64,000 nucleotides of DNA. Origin: Candidatus Poribacteria bacterium. Lineage in GTDB: Bacteria; Poribacteria; WGA-4E; WGA-3G. Both the position numbers and the translations under genes were made by a program. The DNA is taken from NCBI GenBank assembly GCA_965197475.1, contig CBDANF010000003.1, positions 1,120,001-1,184,000 on the forward strand, in the 5' to 3' direction. The notes beneath the pieces were generated by a model. It saw only the letters and a list, made by a program, of their open reading frames with translations, made no database searches and was not told where the DNA came from. This document shows, piece after piece, positions 1-8,738 of the stretch; within the stretch, counting starts at the first letter, position 1, and each line of letters starts with the position of its first letter.

Positions 1-642
1 GATACTGCCATTGAGTCTTGCGGTTTAACCGAACGACATCATCAGATTATTGGACAATTATCACGCGGTTTCCGACAACGTGTCGGTTTAGCACAAGCTT
101 TGGTTCATGAACCAGAAGTCCTGATCCTTGACGAACCGACATCCGGTTTAGACCCGCGACAAATCGTTGAAATACGAGAATTGATTAAAGACCTTGGTAA
201 GGAGCGAACCATTCTTTTTAGCACACATATCCTGCCTGAAGCAAGTCAAACGTGCGAACGATTGCTGATTATCAGCAAAGGCAAAATTACGGGTGATATT
301 CGGTTATCAAATGGGCGGACTGTGTCGGACAATACATCAACTGACACCACTATTTCTGACAATAATCCTACGCTTGAAAAAACCCTCACGGTTGTGATAT
401 CAGGAGGTTCCGCTGATGAAGTATTGGCTGCGCTCAGGGATATACCTCACGTAATCAGTGTTGACCAGTCTGCTGTAAATGTAGATAACACGTTCCTTGT
501 TCGGTATGATTTAGAAAAAGATGTCCGCGGTGAAGTCGCAAAAACAATCATCAATCATGGATGGAATTTGCTTGAAATGTACACTGACGAGATGAGTTTA
601 GAGGAATTGTTCCTGTCTTTAACTTCAGAGACTTCTGAATAG
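1..642 (+). CDS. ABC transporter ATP-binding protein (GldA-like), 5' partial
   Basis: Frame open from base 1: LSRGFRQRVGLAQAL signature, ILDEPT Walker B, STHIL H-loop. Confidence 0.9.
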   Translation, partial: DTAIESCGLTERHHQIIGQLSRGFRQRVGLAQALVHEPEVLILDEPTSGLDPRQIVEIRELIKDLGKERTILFSTHILPEASQTCERLLIISKGKITGDIRLSNGRTVSDNTSTDTTISDNNPTLEKTLTVVISGGSADEVLAALRDIPHVISVDQSAVNVDNTFLVRYDLEKDVRGEVAKTIINHGWNLLEMYTDEMSLEELFLSLTSETSE

Positions 643-665
643 AGTTGGGATGTGAGAAACAGTAT

Positions 666-873
666 CCATAACTGTCAACTTAAGGATTTTTGTGATAATG
701 AAATATCGTCTTTAGCCCCGTAGGGGCGTGATGTTTAGAGCAACCGAGGAAATCAATCGCCTCGCTCCTACGGAGCGAAAAAGGTTATTATCCTTATTTC
801 TATAAACATATAGTCCCTACGGGACTATAGAGCATTTCTCACATTCGGAAAATCCTTAAGTTGACACCTATGG
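666..873. mobile_element. MITE with ~21-bp TIRs (CCATAxxTGTCAACTTAAGGA) enclosing REP-like hairpins; further TIR copies at 893-910 and 964-981
   Basis: ccataactgtcaacttaagga (666-686) is the inverse of tccttaagttgacacctatgg (853-873); internal gccccgtaggggc, tcgctccctacggagcga and tagtccctacgggacta hairpins; no TSD seen. Confidence 0.7.
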
Positions 874-1011
874 GATGCGAAAAACAGCCTCACATAGGTG
901 TCAACTTAAGAAAACGTTATGTACTAAGGTCCTCCTGTCCGGTAGGTGCGGTTTCTAACCACACCATAGTTGTCAATTTAGCAGCACTCCAACCTCTCTC
1001 GGATTACTGTT

Positions 1012-1866
1012 ATGAAGAATATTGTGAGATTTTGGCACTACTTTTTATTCCTTATTGTATTGAACATCGGTTTGATTGCGTGCAACAGTGGAGAGAGTTC
1101 AGAACATCTAATCCAACCCGATGCAGAAGATACTCATTCCGTGATTGATGTTGAAGAGATGGTCTTGATTCCCGCAGGAGAAGTGACCATCGGCACCGAT
1201 GAAAAAACCGATCTGACATCTGGAAATGAAGACGATCCGCATGTCATTTTTGTTGAAACGTTTTACATTGATAAGTATGAAGTTACAAACGGACAATACA
1301 CCAAATTCCTGTCGGAAACAGGTCATCGGAAACCGAAATTTTGGGACAACCCAACCCTCAATGCGCCCGATCAACCCGTTGTCGGTGTCAATTGGGAAGA
1401 TGCTGAAACTTACGCCAAATGGGCAGGGAAAAGATTACCTACTGATATTGAGTGGGAAAAAGCAGCGCGTAGTATAGATGGTCGTCTCTATCCTTGGGGT
1501 GACAATTATGATCCATCGCTTGGTAATTTTGATGACGGTGGTCAAATGAATGGTAAATTGGACGGATACGCCATGCATCCTGCTCCAGTGGGAAGTTTTA
1601 CAGAAGGCAAAAGTCCTTACGGACTGCATGACATGTCGGGCAATGTATGGGAATGGGTAACAAGTGCTCTCCCTGAAAATCAAGCAGGAAAAGAACATCT
1701 CGCAAACGGGAAATCTAATCTAACTAACGGGAAAGTCTACACAATCCGTGGCGGTTCGTGGACAAATGGTCGCGGTGATACACGGACTACGGTTTATTAT
1801 ATCTATCCCGCACAATGCAGCGACCACAGTAGTTCTGTCGGATTCCGCTGTGCCAAAACACCTTAA
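1012..1866 (+). CDS. Formylglycine-generating enzyme (SUMF1/EgtB/PvdO) domain lipoprotein
   Basis: LIAC lipobox; YEVTN, RLPTDIEWEKAAR, DMSGNVWEW, RGGSW, GFRC motifs. Confidence 0.9.
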   Translation: MKNIVRFWHYFLFLIVLNIGLIACNSGESSEHLIQPDAEDTHSVIDVEEMVLIPAGEVTIGTDEKTDLTSGNEDDPHVIFVETFYIDKYEVTNGQYTKFLSETGHRKPKFWDNPTLNAPDQPVVGVNWEDAETYAKWAGKRLPTDIEWEKAARSIDGRLYPWGDNYDPSLGNFDDGGQMNGKLDGYAMHPAPVGSFTEGKSPYGLHDMSGNVWEWVTSALPENQAGKEHLANGKSNLTNGKVYTIRGGSWTNGRGDTRTTVYYIYPAQCSDHSSSVGFRCAKTP

Positions 1867-1910
1867 CACAAAAAATATACGCCAAGCTCTTTTAATCGCT
1901 ATATCTTACC

Positions 1911-2816
1911 ATGAAAATCCGAAACACCTTGAAATCATTGATATATGCTTTATTGATACTGATGTCCACCTTATACGGTTGTGGCGGAGATGAGAAAATG
2001 CCTATCGATGAGGAATCTCCGGAATCAACAGATGAAACACAGCCTTTGGAGGAACCTCAAAAAGAAAAGGTAGAAACAGTGAACGTTCCAGAAGGAATGG
2101 TTCTTGTGCCAGCGGGTGATTTTCTTATGGGAAGTGATCCAGATAAAGATCCGTTGACGGATCCACTTGATGAACTCCCACAACATAAGGTCCATTTAGA
2201 TGCTTTTTTTATTGACAAGTATGAAGTCTCTAATGCCGATTATACCAAATTTGTTGAAGCCACAGGCCATCGGAATTCGATCTTTTGGGACAATCCAAAA
2301 TTCAACCACCCGGATCAACCCGTTGTCGGTGTAGCATGGGGAGACGCTATAGCATACGCAGAGTGGGTTGGAAAACGATTGCCGACTGAGGCGGAATGGG
2401 AAAAAGCGGCACGCGGAACAGATGGACGTATCTGGCCCTGGGGCAACGAATTTGACCCGACAAAATGCAACTTTGATGACGAAGGAAAGTTTGATGGACA
2501 CCTTGATGGATTTGCGATGGCTGCACCCGTGGATAGTTTTCAGAATGGTGCAAGCCCCTACGGTACCCTCAACATGGTTGGGAACGTCTCAGAATGGGTC
2601 TCAGACTGGTTTGATATGGATTACTATACGGTTAGTCCAAGAGAAAATCCGAAAGGACCAGAAACAAGTGGAATGGGTAAAAAATCTGAGCGAGGTGCCA
2701 ATTGGTTTTCCGGTTCAGAACAGATGCGGTGCGCTTTCCGAGAATATGATGACATTGCCGGCAGTGGTCAGATTCGCGGATTTCGATGCGCGATGGATGT
2801 TCCCAAAGAGGATTAA
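1911..2816 (+). CDS. Formylglycine-generating enzyme domain lipoprotein (paralog)
   Basis: LYGC lipobox; RLPTEAEWEKAARG, NMVGNVSEW, GFRC. Confidence 0.9.
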   Translation: MKIRNTLKSLIYALLILMSTLYGCGGDEKMPIDEESPESTDETQPLEEPQKEKVETVNVPEGMVLVPAGDFLMGSDPDKDPLTDPLDELPQHKVHLDAFFIDKYEVSNADYTKFVEATGHRNSIFWDNPKFNHPDQPVVGVAWGDAIAYAEWVGKRLPTEAEWEKAARGTDGRIWPWGNEFDPTKCNFDDEGKFDGHLDGFAMAAPVDSFQNGASPYGTLNMVGNVSEWVSDWFDMDYYTVSPRENPKGPETSGMGKKSERGANWFSGSEQMRCAFREYDDIAGSGQIRGFRCAMDVPKED

Positions 2817-2902
2817 TACCCAATTACTTTGAATCATAGGGGCGGGTCTCTGTAATCGCGATGCTTCATCACGCAAAACAATACAATCAAGTTTATTTGG
2901 TA
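2817..2902. mobile_element. ~86-bp MITE with TA-terminated TIRs (IS630-like ends), REP-like core
   Basis: tacccaatta ... tttatttggta; same ends and length as 4709-4795. Confidence 0.55.
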
Positions 2903-2943
2903 TACATTAATTCCGAAGTAGAGTAGACAGAGGCACACATGAA

Positions 2944-4233
2944 ATGGTTTCTTCTTTCAGCATTCGCAACGAAACTCATCGCTTAATCGTTCTTTGGACT
3001 ATATGCTGCATCACAATATCCCTCACCGGTTGCGGAGATGAAGATTCTCTACCGATAAATGAAGATATTGAAACAGAGGTAGATATCTTTACGAAACGTG
3101 AATGGGCAGTGATTCAACGTTTATCGCCTCTACCTACCACCCCTCCACCAAATCCAACAAATCGCGTTGCTGACGATCCTCAAGCTGCAAAATTAGGGCA
3201 GATGCTCTTTTTTGACGAGCGATTTTCAAAAGATGGCACCGTGGCTTGTGCAACATGCCACTCGCCATTTCACGGATTTGCTGATGTTGAACCGACTTCA
3301 TTAGGAGCAGGGAGAGGCACAAGAAACGCACCAACCCTGCTCAATGTCGCCTATAACAAATGGCAGTTTTGGGACGGTAGATCGGATTCACTATGGTCAC
3401 AAGCGTTAATTGCTCTTGAAGGTGAGAATGAACAAGCAGGAACACGACTTCAGTATGCACATCTTATCAAACGTCTGTATCAAGACGATTATGAAAAGGT
3501 GTTTGGTCCACTACCTAATTTAACAGACATAAACCGCTTTCCACCTAATGGCAAACCTGGGGACGCACAGTTTGATAATATGTCTGAATTCGATAAGATA
3601 GCAGTTAATACCGTTTTTGCCAATATCGGTAAGGCAATTGAGGCTTATGAACGGCTTCTGATTAGTCGGAACGCTCCGTTTGATCAATATGTTGCAGGTG
3701 ATCTGGATGCAATCGGAATTGAAGCAAAGCGAGGCTTAAAAATCTTTATCGGTAAAGGGGTTTGTATCCTCTGCCACGATAATCCGAATTTTACAGACAA
3801 CGAATTCCATAATCTTGGTATCTCACAGGGTGGATTGCCAGAAGACACAGGTCGATATGATGGTATTAAGCAACTCTTAGACAACCCTTTTAATGGTGGT
3901 GGTATCTATAGTGATGATCCAGAGGTTCCTCAAAGAATACTGGATTTTCTGGAACCGACACAACAACATCAAGGACAATTCAAAACACCGACACTCCGAA
4001 ACGTAGAACTTACTGCACCGTACTTTCATATAGGTGATTTTCCAACATTAGAATCCATTATTGAATTCAATAACGCTGGCGGAGTTCCATCAGGATTTGT
4101 CGGCATGCGAGAAGGAACACTTGAACCACTCAATCTGAGTGAACAAGAGGCGAAAGATTTAGTCGAATTTTTATTGACCTTGACAGGTGAATCATCTCTC
4201 GAACACCTATCAATAAAACCGAATCTGCCGTAA
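2944..4233 (+). CDS. Di-heme cytochrome c peroxidase (bCcP/MauG/MbnH superfamily) lipoprotein
   Basis: LTGC lipobox; CATCH and CILCH heme motifs; RNAPTL, QFWDGR, FKTPTLRNV..TAPYFH. Confidence 0.9.
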   Translation: MVSSFSIRNETHRLIVLWTICCITISLTGCGDEDSLPINEDIETEVDIFTKREWAVIQRLSPLPTTPPPNPTNRVADDPQAAKLGQMLFFDERFSKDGTVACATCHSPFHGFADVEPTSLGAGRGTRNAPTLLNVAYNKWQFWDGRSDSLWSQALIALEGENEQAGTRLQYAHLIKRLYQDDYEKVFGPLPNLTDINRFPPNGKPGDAQFDNMSEFDKIAVNTVFANIGKAIEAYERLLISRNAPFDQYVAGDLDAIGIEAKRGLKIFIGKGVCILCHDNPNFTDNEFHNLGISQGGLPEDTGRYDGIKQLLDNPFNGGGIYSDDPEVPQRILDFLEPTQQHQGQFKTPTLRNVELTAPYFHIGDFPTLESIIEFNNAGGVPSGFVGMREGTLEPLNLSEQEAKDLVEFLLTLTGESSLEHLSIKPNLP

Positions 4234-4310
4234 GCCCCAATACAAGTTAGTTGAGTATCTTTCTTTTTCCATTTCAATTGCAAATGGGTTAACAATACCT
4301 ATATGGAGAA

Positions 4311-4432
4311 CAGGGGCATTTAGTTTTTCGAATATTTAGATTTTCAATTTACGACTCTCCGTTGTAGGAGCGATCTTCGCATCGCAACTTTTCGTCTAAA
4401 ATGGACAAAAAGCCTAAAACTAAATAGCCCTG
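4311..4432. mobile_element. 122-bp MITE with CAGGG-type (ISAs1-like) TIRs carrying a GTAG REP
   Basis: caggggcatttagtttt ... aaaactaaatagccctg; flanks atggagaa/atggaaaa. Confidence 0.7.
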
Positions 4433-4440
4433 ATGGAAAA

Positions 4441-4562
4441 CAGAGCCATTCAGTTTTCAAGTTTTTCACTACATTTTAGAGAGGATCGCGATTCGGAGAT
4501 CACTCGGACAGCGGAGAGACTTGAGCATCAGATGAGAACTACCGGACAATTGAATGGCTCTG
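4441..4562. mobile_element. Second, inverted and diverged copy of the 122-bp MITE
   Basis: cagagccattca ... tgaatggctctg; flanked by gatggaaaa on both sides; aligns by eye to the reverse complement of 4311-4432. Confidence 0.7.
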
Positions 4563-4580
4563 GATGGAAAAACTATATTA

Positions 4581-4666
4581 TTGACAAAAATCCGATTATC
4601 ATATAAAATATCGTATATTTTGAAAATTTATTTTTTCTTGACATTTTTTTGATAATTTTGTATAAT
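4581..4666 (+). promoter_or_regulatory. Tandem sigma70 promoters
   Basis: TTGACA-17-TAAAAT (4581-4609) and perfect TTGACA-17-TATAAT (4638-4666). Confidence 0.75.
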
Positions 4667-4708
4667 TGCAAACAAGTTCAAGATATTATTTTCTTGATGG
4701 AAGTTTTA

Positions 4709-4795
4709 TACCCAATTAACCCGATTTGTAGTGTGAGGTCTCGTGCCTTGCAATGCTGACTTTATCTGCAGATGTCGAATCAAGTTAATTTGGTA
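4709..4795. mobile_element. ~87-bp MITE, IS630-like ends
   Basis: tacccaattaac ... gttaatttggta inverted repeats. Confidence 0.6.
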
Positions 4796-5029
4796 TTAGA
4801 TATGAATGTCCTGTAAAATAGTTTTTCTATACTTTAGGCGAACCTGAAGGATAATTATTGTGTGATCAGTACCAGCAGCCTTACATCACGCCCGTACACT
4901 CTCTATCTCATATTGAGAGTCTGTTACGGACAATTTTGTTTGCACAAGGTAGGTTATTCCCACTTACCATTAACACAACGCGTTAGAGTTCCTAATGTTG
5001 TTTAGAAACTTTACCGTAAACTCAATGAG

Positions 5030-5830
5030 GGTATTGCCTAAATAATGATATTTGGAGTTTCTATTCATCCGAGTTTTAAAATGTCAAACACGTCGCCATT
5101 GACACGAAACCTTGCAAACAAAGCAATCGTTAGGTTTACCATTTCCACACTTTTTGATACAATAATAGACTTGCGTTTGAAGCGTCCGAACCAGTGGCGC
5201 ATCCGGCAGTTATTGCGTTCAATACGATGCGTCTCGGCTTTGGTCTGAACATGTTTTGAGGCGGGTAATACCGACTCATAGACCTGCCATTTGTCTGTAT
5301 AATATATCTCAATATTGAGTGATGAGAGCCGCGCCATGAGTTTTTCGAGGGTTTGTTTATCGCGTCTGCCACATTCCCAATCGATGAGGTGTCCTGTATT
5401 TCTGTCAAGTGCCTTCCATATCCATAGTTTGTTTTTCTTGTTTCCGATGTAGTGCCACATTTCATCAAGTTCCAAAACGACGGTGGTTCCGGGGGACAGC
5501 GTCCGTTTAGGGGCATGCTTTTTAGCAGAAGTCCGTATCCATTTTAGGATAGTTGTGACATGGGTATTGAAGAGTTTTGCGATAGCATTCATTGAGAGCC
5601 CGTGGCAGTATAAGAGCAGCGTGAGGGTTTTATGTGCCTGTGGTTTTCCGCGAGGTGTTGTGCGTGTCCATTGATAGTGGCAGTTTGAACATTTATAGCG
5701 TTGTTTCGTCTTCACGAAGCCGTTTTTGACGAAATGCGTGTATTGACATCTTGGACAATTCTTCATGGTATCCTCTATAGAGCAGCGAGTTTGTTTTGTT
5801 TGAATAAGGATACAAGTTTTAGACGCGTCC
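5030..5830 (-). mobile_element. IS1-family insertion sequence (~800 bp)
   Basis: End ggtattgcctaaa; weak partner ggacgcgtctaaa; encodes IS1-type transposase; ends approximate. Confidence 0.8.
5065..5766 (-). CDS. IS1-family transposase, single-frame InsAB type
   Basis: CPRC...QRYKCSNC zinc ribbon, HTH, ELDEMW, YTDKW, IERNNCRMRH; ATG at 5766 with GAGG RBS. Confidence 0.92.
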   Translation of the reverse strand: MKNCPRCQYTHFVKNGFVKTKQRYKCSNCHYQWTRTTPRGKPQAHKTLTLLLYCHGLSMNAIAKLFNTHVTTILKWIRTSAKKHAPKRTLSPGTTVVLELDEMWHYIGNKKNKLWIWKALDRNTGHLIDWECGRRDKQTLEKLMARLSSLNIEIYYTDKWQVYESVLPASKHVQTKAETHRIERNNCRMRHWFGRFKRKSIIVSKSVEMVNLTIALFARFRVNGDVFDILKLG

Positions 5831-5861
5831 GTCAATCAAAAAATTCAGTTTGATTTTTTGA

Positions 5862-5890
5862 TTGACAATTCTTGTCATAAGTGTTATCAT
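5862..5890 (+). promoter_or_regulatory. Sigma70 promoter with overlapping palindromic operator
   Basis: TTGACA-17-TATCAT; TGACAA-N3-TTGTCA palindrome at 5863-5877. Confidence 0.6.
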
Positions 5891-5991
5891 TAACTCTAGT
5901 TGAAATCTGATGCAGGGCGGTTCAGAGGGTATCCGCTAATTCCCGCATCATTATTTAACCAATACCCTCAACTCAATAAAGGAGTTACTCC

Positions 5992-6822
5992 ATGAAAAAA
6001 TTAATGACTCTCATGACATTTGCTTTGGGATATTTTCTTGCAGTAGTCGCTGCGCCGCTCCTCGGTGTAGCCGCTCCCCTTGGAGAAGTAGCAATCTTCA
6101 TCGAACAGGTTAGCTGGATTGATAAGGACATCGCAGCTGCGGAAAGTAGAGAATTGGCTGACCTTCTCAAGAGCCCCAAAGACGTTGTCATATTAACCGA
6201 TAACGAGATTGGTCCGTGGGCTGAAGAACATACGGACAATGGCCAATCTGATATTATCATTACTTTCGGTTGGTTTCCAACGACACTCTACCCACCCGGA
6301 AACGCTAAGCCCGAAGGTTCTGTTGCTGAAAATTTCCTGGAAGGTGGAAATATCCTCCTCAACACAGGGGATTATTTTTTCTACGTCACCGAGGGGGGGG
6401 GTGTCAACGGTGTAGACGGCTTGAAAAATATGATGGACATCGACGTCGACCAGTCTCCAGGCGAAGCAGGAAGTGCTGCTATTGAACCGACAGACGATGG
6501 CAAGAAATATACGCCAAGTCTTGCTGCTTACACCACACACCGACCTTTTAAGCAAGATCAGATTGTTGATCCATGGGAGGTAGAGATCGTTTTTGGTGAC
6601 AACGGCGCAGGTCACTTGGATCCGGTAATTGTGCACGATACTCAAACCGATGGACGAATCGGTATTGCTCTTTCACAGTTTAATAACAACGAACTCCCAC
6701 GAGGTGAGGTCTTCGCCGAAATGATTGATAATTATCTGGCTGACGTCCTCGGCGTTCTAGCAGCAGTTGATCCCAATAAAAAAGTTACGACGACGTGGGC
6801 ACATATCAAATCTGATTTTTAA
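5992..6822 (+). CDS. Secreted protein with Poribacteria-type C-terminal motif
   Basis: AAGGAG RBS, signal peptide, C-terminal AVDPNKKVTTTWAHIK. Confidence 0.85.
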   Translation: MKKLMTLMTFALGYFLAVVAAPLLGVAAPLGEVAIFIEQVSWIDKDIAAAESRELADLLKSPKDVVILTDNEIGPWAEEHTDNGQSDIIITFGWFPTTLYPPGNAKPEGSVAENFLEGGNILLNTGDYFFYVTEGGGVNGVDGLKNMMDIDVDQSPGEAGSAAIEPTDDGKKYTPSLAAYTTHRPFKQDQIVDPWEVEIVFGDNGAGHLDPVIVHDTQTDGRIGIALSQFNNNELPRGEVFAEMIDNYLADVLGVLAAVDPNKKVTTTWAHIKSDF

Positions 6823-6894
6823 CCTATACCGATAGGGTACCTTAGAGTGCCCTGACAAACTTTCATTCCAATAATTATAATTGGAGCAAATCTT

Positions 6895-6931
6895 AAAAAA
6901 GCGCATCTCCCAATTGGAAGATGCGCTTTTT
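6895..6931 (+). terminator. Intrinsic terminator, bidirectional shape
   Basis: aaaaaa-gcgcatct...agatgcgc-ttttt. Confidence 0.85.
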
Positions 6932-6997
6932 ATGTATTGAAAAGGCGATATTTCAAATATGTTGATTTTTTAATAAATCTGTGGTATAAAATCAGCA

Positions 6998-7969
6998 ATG
7001 CCTTTAGGAGAAAAAATCGTGAAACTCGTTACATTCAAAAAGTCTTCGTTAAACGAACGTTCTCGACTCGGTGCATGGATAGGCAACGATCGAATAGTTG
7101 ACCTCAACTTAGATGTCCCAAATATGATCCAGTTCTTTGAACAGAATTGTAGTGCAGCCGCACAAAAACGTATTGACACAGTTCAACAACAACTCAGCGA
7201 CGGTAACCACTTACCTAATGTCATCTATTGTGTTTCTGATGTTCAACTGCTCGCGCCCTTTCCGCGTCCAGCCAGTTTGCGGGATTTTGGTGTGTTCAAA
7301 ACCCACATGGATGCTGCTGCGCGCATCACCGGAAAAGAAATATCGCCTGAATGGTTCAAACTTCCCAACTACTATCGGGGAAGCACAAGTCCCGCCTCCA
7401 TCGCAGGACATGAGGCAGTTGTTACATGGCCAAACTACACAGAAAAACTTGATTTTGAATTGGAATGGGGTGTTTACATCGGTAAAACTGGAAAAAACAT
7501 CTCCATAGAAGAAGCACCAGAATACATTGCCGGTTACACAATTTACAATGACATCAGCGCACGCGACATTCAATTCCGACACATGACGTTGGCACTCGGT
7601 CCCGCTAAAGGCAAGGATTTTGATAACAGCAACATTATGGGTCCCTGCCTCGTTACGCCTGATGAAATCAGTGATCCATCCAACCTGAAAATGACAGCAA
7701 GGGTCAACGACGAAGTATGGGCAGAGGGTAATACTTCGGATATGTATTATTCCTTCACAGAAATGATCTCTTATGTATCGCAGTCAGAGACCCTCTTTCC
7801 TGGGGAATTTCTTGGTTCTGGCACTGTCGGAAAGGGATGTGGTTGGGAACTTGACCGATGGATTCAACCGGGGGATGTGATTGAACTTGAGGTTGAAAAT
7901 ATCGGTGTCTTGAGAAATCGAATCGGTGAGCCTGAAGAAAATCCCGCTGCATGGAAGGAAAAAGCGTAA
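6998..7969 (+). CDS. Fumarylacetoacetate hydrolase family protein (start may be GTG 7019)
   Basis: LDFELEW, GYTIYNDISARDIQ, KGKDFD, GSGTVG motifs. Confidence 0.9.
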   Translation: MPLGEKIVKLVTFKKSSLNERSRLGAWIGNDRIVDLNLDVPNMIQFFEQNCSAAAQKRIDTVQQQLSDGNHLPNVIYCVSDVQLLAPFPRPASLRDFGVFKTHMDAAARITGKEISPEWFKLPNYYRGSTSPASIAGHEAVVTWPNYTEKLDFELEWGVYIGKTGKNISIEEAPEYIAGYTIYNDISARDIQFRHMTLALGPAKGKDFDNSNIMGPCLVTPDEISDPSNLKMTARVNDEVWAEGNTSDMYYSFTEMISYVSQSETLFPGEFLGSGTVGKGCGWELDRWIQPGDVIELEVENIGVLRNRIGEPEENPAAWKEKA

Positions 7970-8721
7970 CTGTGCGACTTAAAGATAAGGTAGCTATCAT
8001 TACAGGTGCAGCATCTGGAATCGGCAAAGCCACTGCAAAACTCTTTGCTGAACACGGTGCGAAGATTATTGTTGCTGACATTGATATAGATGGAGGGAAT
8101 CAGACCGTCGCCAACATACAAGACGATGGCAACGAAGCAATTTTTGTTCAAACCGATGTGACAATCAAAGCCGACACTGAACAGATGGTGGCGGAAACCG
8201 TAAAAACTTACGGAAAACTTGATATTCTGTTCAATAATGCCGGGATTGCAATGCGCTTGCCTGTTGCCGAACTACCAGAAGAAGACTGGCATCGTTGTTT
8301 AAATGTCAACCTTACCGGTGTTTTTCTTTGTGCAAAGGCAGCGATTCCCGAAATGCAGAAAAATGGAGGCGGTTCCATCATCAATATGTCCTCCATTTAC
8401 GGGATAGTCGGGGCTGGTGTTCGGGCTGCGTATGTTGCCTCCAAAGGGGGCGTGGCAAACCTAACCCGTGGTATGGCACTTGATTACGCACAAGATAATA
8501 TCCGAGTAAACTGCATCTGTCCAGGTTTTGTAGAAACACCTTTAGTCGCTGGAGTCGTCAAAACGCCCAAAGAATATCAGAAACTCGCGGATAAGCATCC
8601 GATGCGCAGGTTGGGTCAACCCGAAGAAATCGCTTATGGTGCATTATACCTCGCCTCTGATGAATCCGCATTCGTCACGGGTATCGCCTTACCGATTGAT
8701 GGAGGCTATACCGCAGGATAA
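7951..8721 (+). CDS. Short-chain dehydrogenase/reductase (start may be GTG 7972)
   Basis: TGAASGIG, NNAG, YVASKG catalytic motif. Confidence 0.93.
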   Translation: MEGKSVTVRLKDKVAIITGAASGIGKATAKLFAEHGAKIIVADIDIDGGNQTVANIQDDGNEAIFVQTDVTIKADTEQMVAETVKTYGKLDILFNNAGIAMRLPVAELPEEDWHRCLNVNLTGVFLCAKAAIPEMQKNGGGSIINMSSIYGIVGAGVRAAYVASKGGVANLTRGMALDYAQDNIRVNCICPGFVETPLVAGVVKTPKEYQKLADKHPMRRLGQPEEIAYGALYLASDESAFVTGIALPIDGGYTAG

Positions 8722-8738
8722 GATAATCAGGTGAGTTC

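Noticed and set aside
861-1148. 95-aa ORF and many other short overlapping or antisense ORFs in the track
   Set aside because: Derived from repeats or shadows of well-supported genes; no RBS or motifs
5021-5839. Target-site duplication for the IS1 element
   Set aside because: Flanks ctcaatgag/gtcaatcaa match only partially; not called
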